A DNA stretch of 64,000 nucleotides from an uncultured Pelagibacteraceae bacterium. Lineage in GTDB: Bacteria; Pseudomonadota; Alphaproteobacteria; Pelagibacterales; Pelagibacteraceae. A program made the position numbers and the translations under genes. The stretch covers positions 6,635 through 70,634 of the forward strand of contig CACLLG010000002.1 of assembly GCA_902607735.1 (NCBI GenBank). The letters are read 5' to 3'. How positions within the stretch are numbered: the stretch's first letter is position 1; the number at the start of each line of letters is the position of its first letter. Under the pieces are notes generated by a model that saw only the letters and a program-made list of their open reading frames with translations, did not search any database and was not told the DNA's origin. Below are positions 30,697-39,834 of this stretch, piece after piece.

Positions 30697-31695
30697 TTAG
30701 TTTTTTGATAAAATTTTGAACCACTCCTTGGTAGCAAGTTCTATTGTTTTTGGGGTTCTAACAGGTGCATTTTTCCAATAATTGATATTCTTTAACAATC
30801 TTTTTACACCTTCCTCTATAGTTATTTTGGGCTCCCAATCTATATTACTTTTAATTTTTGAAATATCTGCGCAGGATCTATCTGGCTCACCAGGTCTTTC
30901 TGGTACAAAAACTTTTTCCCCGCCAAATAAATCAGCAATTTTATTTACAGATGTTTCTTTTCCTGAACCAACATTAAATATTTTATTTGATAAACTGCTT
31001 TTAGCAATTTTTATTAAAGCGTTAATCAAGTCATCAACATGAATGAAATCTCTAGTTTGGTTCCCGTGCCCAACTATTGTTAAGGGTTTTTTAGCCGCTT
31101 TTTGCGCTAAAAAAATACCAAAAATTGCACCGTATTGTCCGGAGATTTTTGACCGCGGTCCATACACATTAAAAAATCTTAAGGATACATTTGGCATATT
31201 AAAAATTGAGGCATAGTGCATTACTAATTTTTCTCCCAAAAACTTTGTTAATGCATATGGGTGTTTTGTATCAATTTCTGCGTTCTCTGAAGTTGGATAA
31301 TTTTTTGGTATACCATAACAACTTGATGAGGCTGCATAAATCAATTTTTTAATTTTTGCTTTTTTTGCCGCTTCAATAATTTTAAGAGTACCAAGCACAT
31401 TTGACATGAAGTACTTCTTTGGATTTTTTATACTTGGAACAATATTTGCTAGTCCCGCTAAATGAAAAACATAATCTACTCCTTTAAAATATTTATCTAA
31501 TTTTCTATTTTCAGAAATATCTAATTTAATAATTTTAACGTTCTTTTTTTTATGGTGAGATAAATTTGATCTTTTTCCTGTAATAAAATTATCTAATACA
31601 GTAACCTTGTGACCCATCCTAACTAACTGGTCAACCAAATTACTGCCTATAAAACCTGCGCCTCCGCTAACTATTGATGTTTCCCTTTTCTTCAT
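30697..31695 (-). CDS. NAD-dependent NDP-sugar epimerase/dehydratase (UDP-glucuronate decarboxylase-like)
   Basis: 332 aa. GGAGFIGSNLVDQL Rossmann motif, LDNFITGKRSNL as in UXS-type enzymes, and YALTK (YxxxK). Confidence 0.75.
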   Translation of the reverse strand: MKKRETSIVSGGAGFIGSNLVDQLVRMGHKVTVLDNFITGKRSNLSHHKKKNVKIIKLDISENRKLDKYFKGVDYVFHLAGLANIVPSIKNPKKYFMSNVLGTLKIIEAAKKAKIKKLIYAASSSCYGIPKNYPTSENAEIDTKHPYALTKFLGEKLVMHYASIFNMPNVSLRFFNVYGPRSKISGQYGAIFGIFLAQKAAKKPLTIVGHGNQTRDFIHVDDLINALIKIAKSSLSNKIFNVGSGKETSVNKIADLFGGEKVFVPERPGEPDRSCADISKIKSNIDWEPKITIEEGVKRLLKNINYWKNAPVRTPKTIELATKEWFKILSKN

Positions 31696-31705
31696 AATAT
31701 AGCCG

Positions 31706-33022
31706 CTAAATCCATCCGCTATCTCCAGAGATATGATAATTATTTTTTAAATTATAATTTTTCCATGCCCCATCATGATCAATAATGTACTTACAGTTTT
31801 TAAGATATTTTTTTAATTTTATTGCAGGGATTTTAAATTTTTTATGATCAACTGAGACTATAACGCAATCAAATTTTGTTAGATCGTTTGGAAATTTAAA
31901 AGTTTTAACCCCTAAAATATTTTTAATTTCTTTTGAAGTAAAATATGGATCAAATAATTTTACATTTAACCTGTTTTTTCTTAATGCATTTACTAAGGGA
32001 ATAACCTTTGATAAAACACTTACTTTTAAATCTCCTTTATATGACAAACCCAAAACACCAATTTTCTTATAACCTTTTTTTGCAATAGATCTTGCAACCA
32101 GCAAGTTCATCCTATCGTCGGTTTTGATTGTTTCCCTTAATAAAGTAAGTTTATTATTATCTCTGACTTGCGACAAGATATATCTGCTTGATAAAGGTAT
32201 ACAATATCCTCCTGCGCCAATGCCCGGGTGAAAAGTTTCAAGATTCCACTTAGTTCCAACTAATTTTAAAACTTCTCTCATATTGTCTTTTGGAAAAGCG
32301 AGTGACAACTGATTTGCGAGAGTGATATCCATATGTCTATAAGCATTTTCAACACTCTTAACCATCTCTGAAACTTTGTATGAACTAGCCATATGAAGTT
32401 TTTTACAAACAATTGATAAAACATCTTTAGCGACCTTTGCAGATTTTATATCGGTTGAACCGTAGACTCTATCTAAATTTTTAAGATTTTTGACACCCTC
32501 AATAAACCAGTCTCTTCTGGGGGCAACAGAGAATAAAATATCTTGACCTAATTTTAATTTTTTTTTTTTAAAAAATGGGATAATTTTTTTATCTGATACT
32601 TTAGGCGCAAGTGTAGACTCCACAACTATAATTGGTGGAATTTTAATATTTTTACCTCGAATTTTTGAAATTTTGCTGAGCACATCAAACAAAGCTTTGA
32701 AGTAAGGTTTGCCATTTTTTTCAGTTGGAACTGCGATAAAATGCGCCAAGAAATTTTCTGAAATTAACTCACTATATTTTGAAGTTGCTTTTAAATAATT
32801 GTTTTTAACTAATTTTGTTATATCAAATCCAAACCAATTTTTAAGGTCTGCTTGTGGAAGAATTCCTGAATTTATTTTTCTTACTTTTTTTCTATCAATA
32901 TCATAGCCCACACATTTTATTTTTTCTTTTGAAAAATAAACCATTGTAGATAAACCAATATATCCTGTTCCCCAAATAGCAATTTTAAATTTCTTTGATT
33001 TAAGTAATTTTTTATAATTCAT
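31706..33022 (-). CDS. Nucleotide-sugar dehydrogenase (UDP-glucose/GDP-mannose dehydrogenase family, WecC/Cap5O-like)
   Basis: 438 aa. N-terminal IAIWGTGYIGLS and catalytic-Cys region GAGGYCIP. Confidence 0.8.
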   Translation of the reverse strand: MNYKKLLKSKKFKIAIWGTGYIGLSTMVYFSKEKIKCVGYDIDRKKVRKINSGILPQADLKNWFGFDITKLVKNNYLKATSKYSELISENFLAHFIAVPTEKNGKPYFKALFDVLSKISKIRGKNIKIPPIIVVESTLAPKVSDKKIIPFFKKKKLKLGQDILFSVAPRRDWFIEGVKNLKNLDRVYGSTDIKSAKVAKDVLSIVCKKLHMASSYKVSEMVKSVENAYRHMDITLANQLSLAFPKDNMREVLKLVGTKWNLETFHPGIGAGGYCIPLSSRYILSQVRDNNKLTLLRETIKTDDRMNLLVARSIAKKGYKKIGVLGLSYKGDLKVSVLSKVIPLVNALRKNRLNVKLFDPYFTSKEIKNILGVKTFKFPNDLTKFDCVIVSVDHKKFKIPAIKLKKYLKNCKYIIDHDGAWKNYNLKNNYHISGDSGWI

Positions 33023-33035
33023 TTATATGTGTAAT

Positions 33036-33183
33036 TTTAATTAATCTGCCCAACCACATTCTTATTTTTTAAGCCATCCACTTTTTTGATATTATTGATT
33101 TCACCTTTGTCTAAGTAAAAAATTTTATCACATTCATCTGGCAAAGAAATTTTATGACTCATTATTACAATCGTAGTTTTTTG
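33036..33183 (-). pseudogene. Relic of the C-terminus of an ABC-transporter ATPase
   Basis: Hand translation gives (stop)QKTTIVIMSHKISLPDECDKIFYLDKGEINNIKKVDGLKNKNVVGQIN(stop). TTIVIMSH matches the H-loop, and ...CDKIFYLDKGEI matches the conserved post-H-loop strand of ABC NBDs. An in-frame TGA lies immediately upstream, and there are no Walker A/B or signature motifs. Confidence 0.45.
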
Positions 33184-33338
33184 TCAACGAATTGTATTAA
33201 CGATTATAATTTAAGCGTGATACCAACACTTATTTAACTAAATTTAATTCCGTACGCACCGAGTTCTTATTTTAAGACTTTTCAATTCAAATTATTCGCG
33301 AATACTGTTACAGTATAATTCACCAGGATGGTAAAATT

Positions 33339-33461
33339 ATGAGTGAAGAACATAAAATGACAAAGCAGGACAAGTTGGCACTAACAATTACTTTAGCTGC
33401 AATATTTTTTGGAGTATTTTTTTTAGGGTTTGTTGGTTTAATATTTAATTTATTTGGTTAA
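33339..33461 (+). CDS. Possible 40-aa single-TM micropeptide
   Basis: ATG preceded by AGGATGG. Reads MSEEHKMTKQDKLALTITLAAIFFGVFFLGFVGLIFNLFG. It sits in an otherwise non-coding 464 nt gap, with no homology support. Confidence 0.25.
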   Translation: MSEEHKMTKQDKLALTITLAAIFFGVFFLGFVGLIFNLFG

Positions 33462-33486
33462 AATTTATTTAAAAAAACAATTTAAA

Positions 33487-34473
33487 TTAATATTTTTTTC
33501 CAAAAAAATAGCTTAAAGATCCATATAATAAGCCTGTTAACATCAAAAAAGTATCAATATAACAAACTGCCATCGCTCCGAATGCCTTGCTAAAACCTTT
33601 TGCACGACCAACAAATCTCATAAATCCTGTGTGCAGTAATAGAAATGCAATATTTAAAATTAAAAAAATGGATAAAATTATTTCATTTGGAAAAATAATA
33701 TTCACAATAGCTGTCAAAATAATTAAGCCCAAAATTACTATTCCAGCTAACACCTTCGAATAGTTCGTTTGCTTAATTTTTTTGATATAAGTTTTATTTC
33801 TAAGATATTCTTTCATTACATCTATATAGGTATAGAATTTTTTTTTTACAAAGTGTCCTATGCTATAATTGACTCTGTGTTCGACATTTAATTCTCTTGA
33901 TATTAAAATCTTATAACCTTTATCCATTAGAAGATAACCAAATTCTTCGTCCTCTGCTGATGCACGTTTAATATTTACGTTAAAACCTTTAAGATTTAGA
34001 AATATTTTCTTTCTTATTGCAAAACAACATGTTGATAAAGTAGATGCGTATTTTTTATTTTTAGGCCAAATATAATAACAATTGTAGCTCATCTGATATT
34101 GAGTAGCTATACTCTCATATGTTGGTTGGTGAGAATAGATTCCTTGAATAGCGTCTATCTCATTTTGAAAAAACATATCGTTAAGATAGTTTATGGCTTC
34201 ATTTTTAATTATAACGTCAGAGTCAATAAAAAATAATATATCCCCTGCTGCTGCTTGAGCCCCACTGTTTCTTGCAAAAGCAGGGCCCTTATTTTTTGGC
34301 AATTCTATAATTTTACATTGATACTTCTTTGCTATCATAACAGAATTGTCGGGGCTATTATCTGAAACAATAATAACTTCAAAATTTTTGAAGCTCGAAT
34401 TAAAAATGGCACTTAGACATTCATTTAATGTGAGTGATGAATTATAGACTGGAATAATAATCGAAATTTTCAC
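33487..34473 (-). CDS. GT2-family glycosyltransferase with C-terminal TM segments
   Basis: 328 aa. ISIIIPVYNS...IIVSDNSPDNS and FIDSDV (DxD), with 2-3 C-terminal TM helices. 4 nt overlap with the upstream radical SAM gene. Confidence 0.8.
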   Translation of the reverse strand: MKISIIIPVYNSSLTLNECLSAIFNSSFKNFEVIIVSDNSPDNSVMIAKKYQCKIIELPKNKGPAFARNSGAQAAAGDILFFIDSDVIIKNEAINYLNDMFFQNEIDAIQGIYSHQPTYESIATQYQMSYNCYYIWPKNKKYASTLSTCCFAIRKKIFLNLKGFNVNIKRASAEDEEFGYLLMDKGYKILISRELNVEHRVNYSIGHFVKKKFYTYIDVMKEYLRNKTYIKKIKQTNYSKVLAGIVILGLIILTAIVNIIFPNEIILSIFLILNIAFLLLHTGFMRFVGRAKGFSKAFGAMAVCYIDTFLMLTGLLYGSLSYFFGKKY

Positions 34474-35627
34474 TTTATAGTCGATGCTACCTTGATTAGT
34501 TTCGGATAATACTTAGGATTAAACAGAATATTAACATTGTTAAAACATTCGTGAGTACAAAAACATTTAGTTTTCCTAATAAAATTAACTTCCTCTTTAG
34601 CTTTTTGAGATAACCATAGTTTTCTAAAATCCAGATTAAAATCTCGGATGTTGCCAATCAAGTGTGACTTGTCTAATATTTCGCACGGATAAACCTGACC
34701 TTCAGGATACATTACTCCACTAATATTTGCCGAATAGCATGGAGATTGATACTTTTTTGTTTCATAAATTTTATATACCATCTCATTTAAAAGAACTCTT
34801 GCTGCAGTAGCCAATTTATTTCCTTTGAATTTTTTATGTCCTGACATTTTTTTTGAATAAAATAGGCTATTTCTATATGCTACTGCCTCTTGATACAATT
34901 TCATATTTAGATTTACATTTACTTTTTCTTTAGGATCACCTCTCACCAAATTAATAGCGATATTGTCAGGTTTAGTTAATTCGTAAATTCCCTTTAATAT
35001 ATCTTTCATTTTATTTTGATTTTCTGAAGTAAATGTTATGACAATACCAACATTTATTCTTTCAAATTCTTTTTGAAGCTTTTTAATATGTTGAATTGAA
35101 TTTAATACTTTTTTAAATGAACCGTTTGCTCCTCTTATTCTATCGTGGTCTTCCTCCAAACCATCTAGTGAAAGTAGTTGATTTAAAATTAATTCTGGAC
35201 ACCAATTCATCATATTTCTTATTTGTCTATCCATCTTTTCTAAATACCAACCATTAGATGGTATGGTTAAAGTTGGTATTTTAGTATTTTCGTAAAATAT
35301 TCTTACAATTTGATCTAGGTTATGTTTGAGATATGGTTCACCACCAGTAAGTACCAAGTTTAAAAGTGGATCCATAGTTTTTGTAAAAGAATCAATTTCA
35401 TCTAAAGTCAACTCGTTAAATCTTTTATTTAAACTATCGTGATAAAAACAATGGGAACAGCTTAAATTACATCTACTAGTTGGAAAAAATATAAAGTAAG
35501 AAGGTAACTGGTTTTTTTTAACAACAGACTTGTACAAATGATGATGATATTGAATTGGCTTACTTTTTGAGACATTTGCAAATTTTCCATTATTTATCTC
35601 TTGTTTATTAACATTTTCTTTATCCAT
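34470..35627 (-). CDS. Radical SAM protein with SPASM/twitch-like C-terminal Cys cluster
   Basis: 385 aa. CNLSCSHC (CxxxCxxC), LTGGEPYL. C-terminal CYSANISGVMYPEGQVYPCE and CFCTHEC. Confidence 0.8.
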   Translation of the reverse strand: MDKENVNKQEINNGKFANVSKSKPIQYHHHLYKSVVKKNQLPSYFIFFPTSRCNLSCSHCFYHDSLNKRFNELTLDEIDSFTKTMDPLLNLVLTGGEPYLKHNLDQIVRIFYENTKIPTLTIPSNGWYLEKMDRQIRNMMNWCPELILNQLLSLDGLEEDHDRIRGANGSFKKVLNSIQHIKKLQKEFERINVGIVITFTSENQNKMKDILKGIYELTKPDNIAINLVRGDPKEKVNVNLNMKLYQEAVAYRNSLFYSKKMSGHKKFKGNKLATAARVLLNEMVYKIYETKKYQSPCYSANISGVMYPEGQVYPCEILDKSHLIGNIRDFNLDFRKLWLSQKAKEEVNFIRKTKCFCTHECFNNVNILFNPKYYPKLIKVASTIK

Positions 35628-35684
35628 ATCTTTTCAAAATAAATTAAAAATAAAATTTTTACAATAGAAATAAACAAAAAAAAC

Positions 35685-37526
35685 CTAATCAGCCTTAAAT
35701 TTATTTTTATAGTCTAGCAATAAGTTTTGATTTTGCTTCTCTTTGTATAAAGTAAAATTTTCACAAACCAAAATATCTAGATTGGTGCCCATAAAACACT
35801 TAAAAGCATCTTCAACTGAACATACTATAGGTTCACCTCTAACATTAAAAGATGTGTTTACTAGTACTGGGCAATTTGTGATTTCCTTAAATTTTTTCAA
35901 TAATTTATAATATCTGGGATTTGTTTCTTCATGAACGGTTTGTATTCTGGCAGAATAATCAATATGGGTAATAGCAGGAATAGATGATCTTTTTACATTC
36001 AACTTTTCTATACCAAAAAGTTTTTGGTCATTTGCACTCATTGGAATTCGAATATTTTTCTTAACATCCGCAACTAGTAACATATATGGACTGTCACAAT
36101 CTAACTCAAACCAATTATTTAAATCTTCTCTTAGCACTGAAGGCGCAAATGGTCTAAAACTTTCTCTAAACTTAACTTTTAGATTCAACTCTTTCTGCAT
36201 TTTATCTGACCTTGGATCAGCTATAATTGATCTTGCTCCAAGAGCGCGCGGCCCAAATTCCATTCGACCTTGAAACCATCCTATAGTTTTTTCATTTTTT
36301 AGCTCATTAGCAATTAAATTAATTAAATTTTCTTCACTTTGTTTTTCATATTTTCCGCCCAGGGATTTTAAAATATTTTCAATATGATTATTGTCAAATG
36401 AGGGTCCAAGATAAGCACCTTTCATATCGTCTTGACCTTGAGATAAATTTCTTTTATTTCCGAGTTCTTGATGCCAAAATGCTAAAGCTGCTCCTAAAGA
36501 TCCTCCGGCATCTCCTGCTGCAGGTTGAAACCAAATATTTTTAAAAATATTATTTTTTAATATTTTACCATTTGCTACACAATTTAAAGCTACCCCTCCT
36601 GCCATACATAGATTTTGGCTTTTTGTTTCTTTTGATATTGAGGTTGCTAATTTTAAAACAATTTCTTCAGTTACCGCTTGTATAGATGCAGCAATATCCA
36701 TATGAAATTGGGTTAATAAATCTTTTTCAGGATTTCTAACTTTTTGCCCAAATAAGTTTGAAAACTTTTCGTTTGTCATGGTTAATCCAGTTGCATAATT
36801 AAAATATTCCATATTGAGTCTAAAAGACCCATCTTCTTTTAAATCTATAAGTTCTTTTAAAATAATGTCTTTAAATTTAGGTTCACCATAAGGCGCTAAA
36901 CCCATCACTTTATATTCTCCGCTATTTACTTTAAAGCCAGTATAATAAGTAAAGGCAGAATAAAGCAAACCTATAGAATGAGGAAAATGAATTTCTTTTA
37001 GCATTTTGATTTCATGGTTATTTCCCTCCGCCACTGTAGTGGTCGCCCATTCTCCAACTCCATCTAAAGTTAGTATAACCGCATCCTTAAAAGGCGATGG
37101 ATAGAAAGCGCTTGCAGCATGACTGTAATGATGCTCTGAAAAACGAATTTTATTTATATCATTAAAATTTTCATCATGTTGTTTTAATTTTTCGAATAAA
37201 AATTGTTTTTGAAAAAGCTTTTCTCTTAACCAAATGGGCATAGACATACAAAAAGAGGTAAATCCTTTAGGTGCAAAAGCCAAATAAGTTTCTAACAATC
37301 TTTCAAATTTTAAAAAAGGTTTTTCAAAAAAAACAATGTAATCAATTTGACTCAATTTTAAATTTGAGTGATTTAAAACAAATTTTATTGCATTAAAAGG
37401 ATAACTAGAGTCATGTTTTTTTCTTGAAAATCTTTCTTCTTGAGCTGCCGAAATTATTTTTCCATCAATAATTAATGCTGCTGCGCTATCATGGTAAAAC
37501 GCCGATATACCTAAAATTGAAGTCAC
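35685..37526 (-). CDS. Carbamoyltransferase (NodU/CmcH/SxtI family)
   Basis: 613 aa. ILGISAFYHDSAAALIIDGKIISAAQEERFSRKKHD N-terminus, GGVALNCVANG and NTSFNVRGEPIVCS. GTG start abuts the upstream stop. Confidence 0.85.
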   Translation of the reverse strand: MTSILGISAFYHDSAAALIIDGKIISAAQEERFSRKKHDSSYPFNAIKFVLNHSNLKLSQIDYIVFFEKPFLKFERLLETYLAFAPKGFTSFCMSMPIWLREKLFQKQFLFEKLKQHDENFNDINKIRFSEHHYSHAASAFYPSPFKDAVILTLDGVGEWATTTVAEGNNHEIKMLKEIHFPHSIGLLYSAFTYYTGFKVNSGEYKVMGLAPYGEPKFKDIILKELIDLKEDGSFRLNMEYFNYATGLTMTNEKFSNLFGQKVRNPEKDLLTQFHMDIAASIQAVTEEIVLKLATSISKETKSQNLCMAGGVALNCVANGKILKNNIFKNIWFQPAAGDAGGSLGAALAFWHQELGNKRNLSQGQDDMKGAYLGPSFDNNHIENILKSLGGKYEKQSEENLINLIANELKNEKTIGWFQGRMEFGPRALGARSIIADPRSDKMQKELNLKVKFRESFRPFAPSVLREDLNNWFELDCDSPYMLLVADVKKNIRIPMSANDQKLFGIEKLNVKRSSIPAITHIDYSARIQTVHEETNPRYYKLLKKFKEITNCPVLVNTSFNVRGEPIVCSVEDAFKCFMGTNLDILVCENFTLYKEKQNQNLLLDYKNKFKAD

Positions 37527-37679
37527 TTAAAAAATAGTATAAATAAATGGAGCTACCGCTGATCCTTGACTTAGAACTATTAATGCTCCAAATAAGCCTA
37601 GAACTATTAAAATCGGAAACAACCAATATTTTTTTCTTTCTTTCAAAAAATCCCAAAATTCTTTTATAAAACTTAACAT
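37527..37679 (-). CDS. DUF5989-like (SxtK-like) small membrane protein
   Basis: Start re-set to ATG 37679-37677 (MLSFIKEFWDFLKERKKYWLFPILIVLGLFGALIVLSQGSAVAPFIYTIF, 50 aa). This forms a TAATG stop/start overlap with the upstream gene. Confidence 0.6.
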   Translation of the reverse strand: MLSFIKEFWDFLKERKKYWLFPILIVLGLFGALIVLSQGSAVAPFIYTIF

Positions 37680-38056
37680 TAAAATTGTCTTTTCATTGAA
37701 CCAATATTTTTTTCTCTTTTTATCCAATACGAACGGTTACTTGAAAGTTTTGTATTTAACAAATCTTTACCTAAAATGCGCATAAGTAATCCGATTGGTG
37801 TAATAACAAAAAAATATATAATGCCCATGACGATTGGCGCTATCACTTTTCCTAAAAGTTCTCCAAATTTGATCCAAGCTAAATTTAGGGGTGTTAGTAG
37901 CTTTGAATTAATTAAGCCTAAAATTAGAAAAATTATAGAAATTGCTAGCGACCATACTCTTACTGCTCCTCCATCAATAAGAGGAAAAAATGCTATTAAC
38001 AAAAAAACCAAAAAGAAAACTATACCAAAGCTTTTATTTGAATTATTTTTTTTCAT
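37679..38056 (-). CDS. SxtJ-like membrane protein
   Basis: 125 aa, 3 TM. SNKSFGIVFF N-terminus and the conserved position upstream of the DUF5989 and carbamoyltransferase genes. Confidence 0.5.
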   Translation of the reverse strand: MKKNNSNKSFGIVFFLVFLLIAFFPLIDGGAVRVWSLAISIIFLILGLINSKLLTPLNLAWIKFGELLGKVIAPIVMGIIYFFVITPIGLLMRILGKDLLNTKLSSNRSYWIKREKNIGSMKRQF

Positions 38057-38062
38057 TTAGAT

Positions 38063-39037
38063 TTACCTTAAGTTTTTTAGATCATTCTCTACCATGCTTA
38101 CCACTAAATCATCAAATGATATTTTTGGCTCCCAACCTAAATTTTTTTTAGCCTTAGTAGAGTTTGCTAAAAGAGCATCTACTTCGGCTGGTCTAATCAA
38201 AACTTTATCTATAACTATATGATCCTTATAATTTAAACCAACATGAGCAAATGCTTTTTTAGCAAAATCTTCTACTGAGTGTTCTTTACCAGTTCCAATT
38301 ACATAATCTCCCGGTTTATCTTGCTGTAACATCAACCACATAGCGTTTACATAATCTTGAGCATGTCCCCAATCTCTTTTTGCTTTAATATTTCCTAGTT
38401 TTAATTTTTCGTGTGAGCCATTTTTTATTTTGGCTACAGCATGTGAGATTTTTCGAGTTACAAATTCAAATCCTCTTCTTGGCGATTCATGATTAAATAG
38501 TATTCCATTTGAAGCATGAAGATTGTATGCGTCTCTATAATTTTTCGTCAAATAATAACCAGTAACTTTAGATATTCCATAAGAAGACCTAGGATAAAAT
38601 AATGTATTTTCATTTTGTGGGGTTTCTTTTACTTTTCCAAACATTTCTGAAGAACCTGCAAAATAAAATCTTACTTTGCTAGATATAAACTCTTTGGTAG
38701 CAGAAAGAAGATAATGAGTTCCATTTATATTAATATTAAGTGTTGAAAATTCATCTTCAAAAGAATATCCAACATAACTTTGAGCCGCCAGATGGTATAC
38801 TTCGGTTGGTTTTATTTTTAAAATAATATTAAATAAACTTGCATAACTTTCTAAAGATCCCGCATGCAATGTAACATCTTTTAAAATTTTTCTAATTCTC
38901 CAAAGTCTGTGTGTTGCATCTTCTAATGCTACTCTCCTTACTATTCCATGAACCTTGTAGCCCTTGCTCAACAACAGTTCAGCAAGATAAGAACCGTCTT
39001 GACCAGTAATACCTGTTATAAGTGCAACTTTTGACAT
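38063..39037 (-). CDS. gmd: GDP-mannose 4,6-dehydratase
   Basis: 324 aa. ALITGITGQDGSYLAELLLSKGYKVHGIVRR, YGISK (YxxxK) and NHESPRRG motifs. Confidence 0.85.
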   Translation of the reverse strand: MSKVALITGITGQDGSYLAELLLSKGYKVHGIVRRVALEDATHRLWRIRKILKDVTLHAGSLESYASLFNIILKIKPTEVYHLAAQSYVGYSFEDEFSTLNININGTHYLLSATKEFISSKVRFYFAGSSEMFGKVKETPQNENTLFYPRSSYGISKVTGYYLTKNYRDAYNLHASNGILFNHESPRRGFEFVTRKISHAVAKIKNGSHEKLKLGNIKAKRDWGHAQDYVNAMWLMLQQDKPGDYVIGTGKEHSVEDFAKKAFAHVGLNYKDHIVIDKVLIRPAEVDALLANSTKAKKNLGWEPKISFDDLVVSMVENDLKNLR

Positions 39038-39118
39038 ACAGAAAACATTCTAGAAACAAATCATATTGTAATTAAAGTATCCAATCTTTGTAACATAAAA
39101 ATCCAGTTTGTTTAAATG

Positions 39119-39817
39119 TTAAATTCTGAAATTAGATTTTTTGCTATCTTTTAAAAATTTTTTTACAGTATCTAGAGTTAAGTCTTGATAAGTTTTTCCA
39201 AATTTAGATATTTTTTCTATTATAGATGGAGGCATAGTTATTATTGAACAATTACTTTTTTTTGCCTGCAAGTAATTATAAGCTTCTCTTGTACTAGCCC
39301 AAAGTATTTTTATATTTTTGTATTTTTTTGTTAAACGAACACTTTCTTTGATTATTGGAAGTGGATCTTTACCTGCATCACTCATCCTTCCTGAAAAAAT
39401 TGATATTATTGTCTTAGAATTTTTATTCAAATATTTAAGTATTTTGACAACTTGGGTTACTGTATAAACAGCTGTAATATTAAGTTTAATATTATTTGCA
39501 CTAAGCTGATTAATTATTTTTCCTGAAAAAAAACCTTTTGAATTAATCACTGGTATTTTAACATAAACATTTTTCCCCCATGAACTAATAATTTTTGCTT
39601 GTTTTAACATTCCACTGTTATTATCTGCAAAAACTTCTAAAGAAATAGGTTTTTTCCTACATGCTTTAAGCAGCTTTAATGAGTATCTTTTATAATCTTT
39701 TGCTCCAGCTTGTCTCATCAAACTTGGATTGGTTGTGAATCCTTTTACAAGAGAATTTTTATCTAATTTTTTTATAACTTTGAGATCTGCAGTATCACAA
39801 TAAATTTCTAATTTCAT
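39119..39817 (-). CDS. Transaldolase family protein (short TalC/Fsa type)
   Basis: 232 aa. GFTTNPSL, the VKIP Schiff-base Lys region, and FSGR. Confidence 0.8.
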   Translation of the reverse strand: MKLEIYCDTADLKVIKKLDKNSLVKGFTTNPSLMRQAGAKDYKRYSLKLLKACRKKPISLEVFADNNSGMLKQAKIISSWGKNVYVKIPVINSKGFFSGKIINQLSANNIKLNITAVYTVTQVVKILKYLNKNSKTIISIFSGRMSDAGKDPLPIIKESVRLTKKYKNIKILWASTREAYNYLQAKKSNCSIITMPPSIIEKISKFGKTYQDLTLDTVKKFLKDSKKSNFRI

Positions 39818-39834
39818 TTTTATATAAAATATTA

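Noticed and set aside
37680-37727. Longer start for the 66 aa DUF5989-like ORF, overlapping the SxtJ-like gene by 49 nt
   Set aside because: The internal ATG at 37679 gives a family-typical 50 aa protein and a TAATG coupling overlap. The extension is Lys-rich, out-of-frame sequence of the upstream gene.
39038-39118. Possible third copy of the ssrA-hairpin repeat at the far end of glycan island 1
   Set aside because: Only a short ACAGAAAAC resemblance is present, with no GGGG/CCCC arms.
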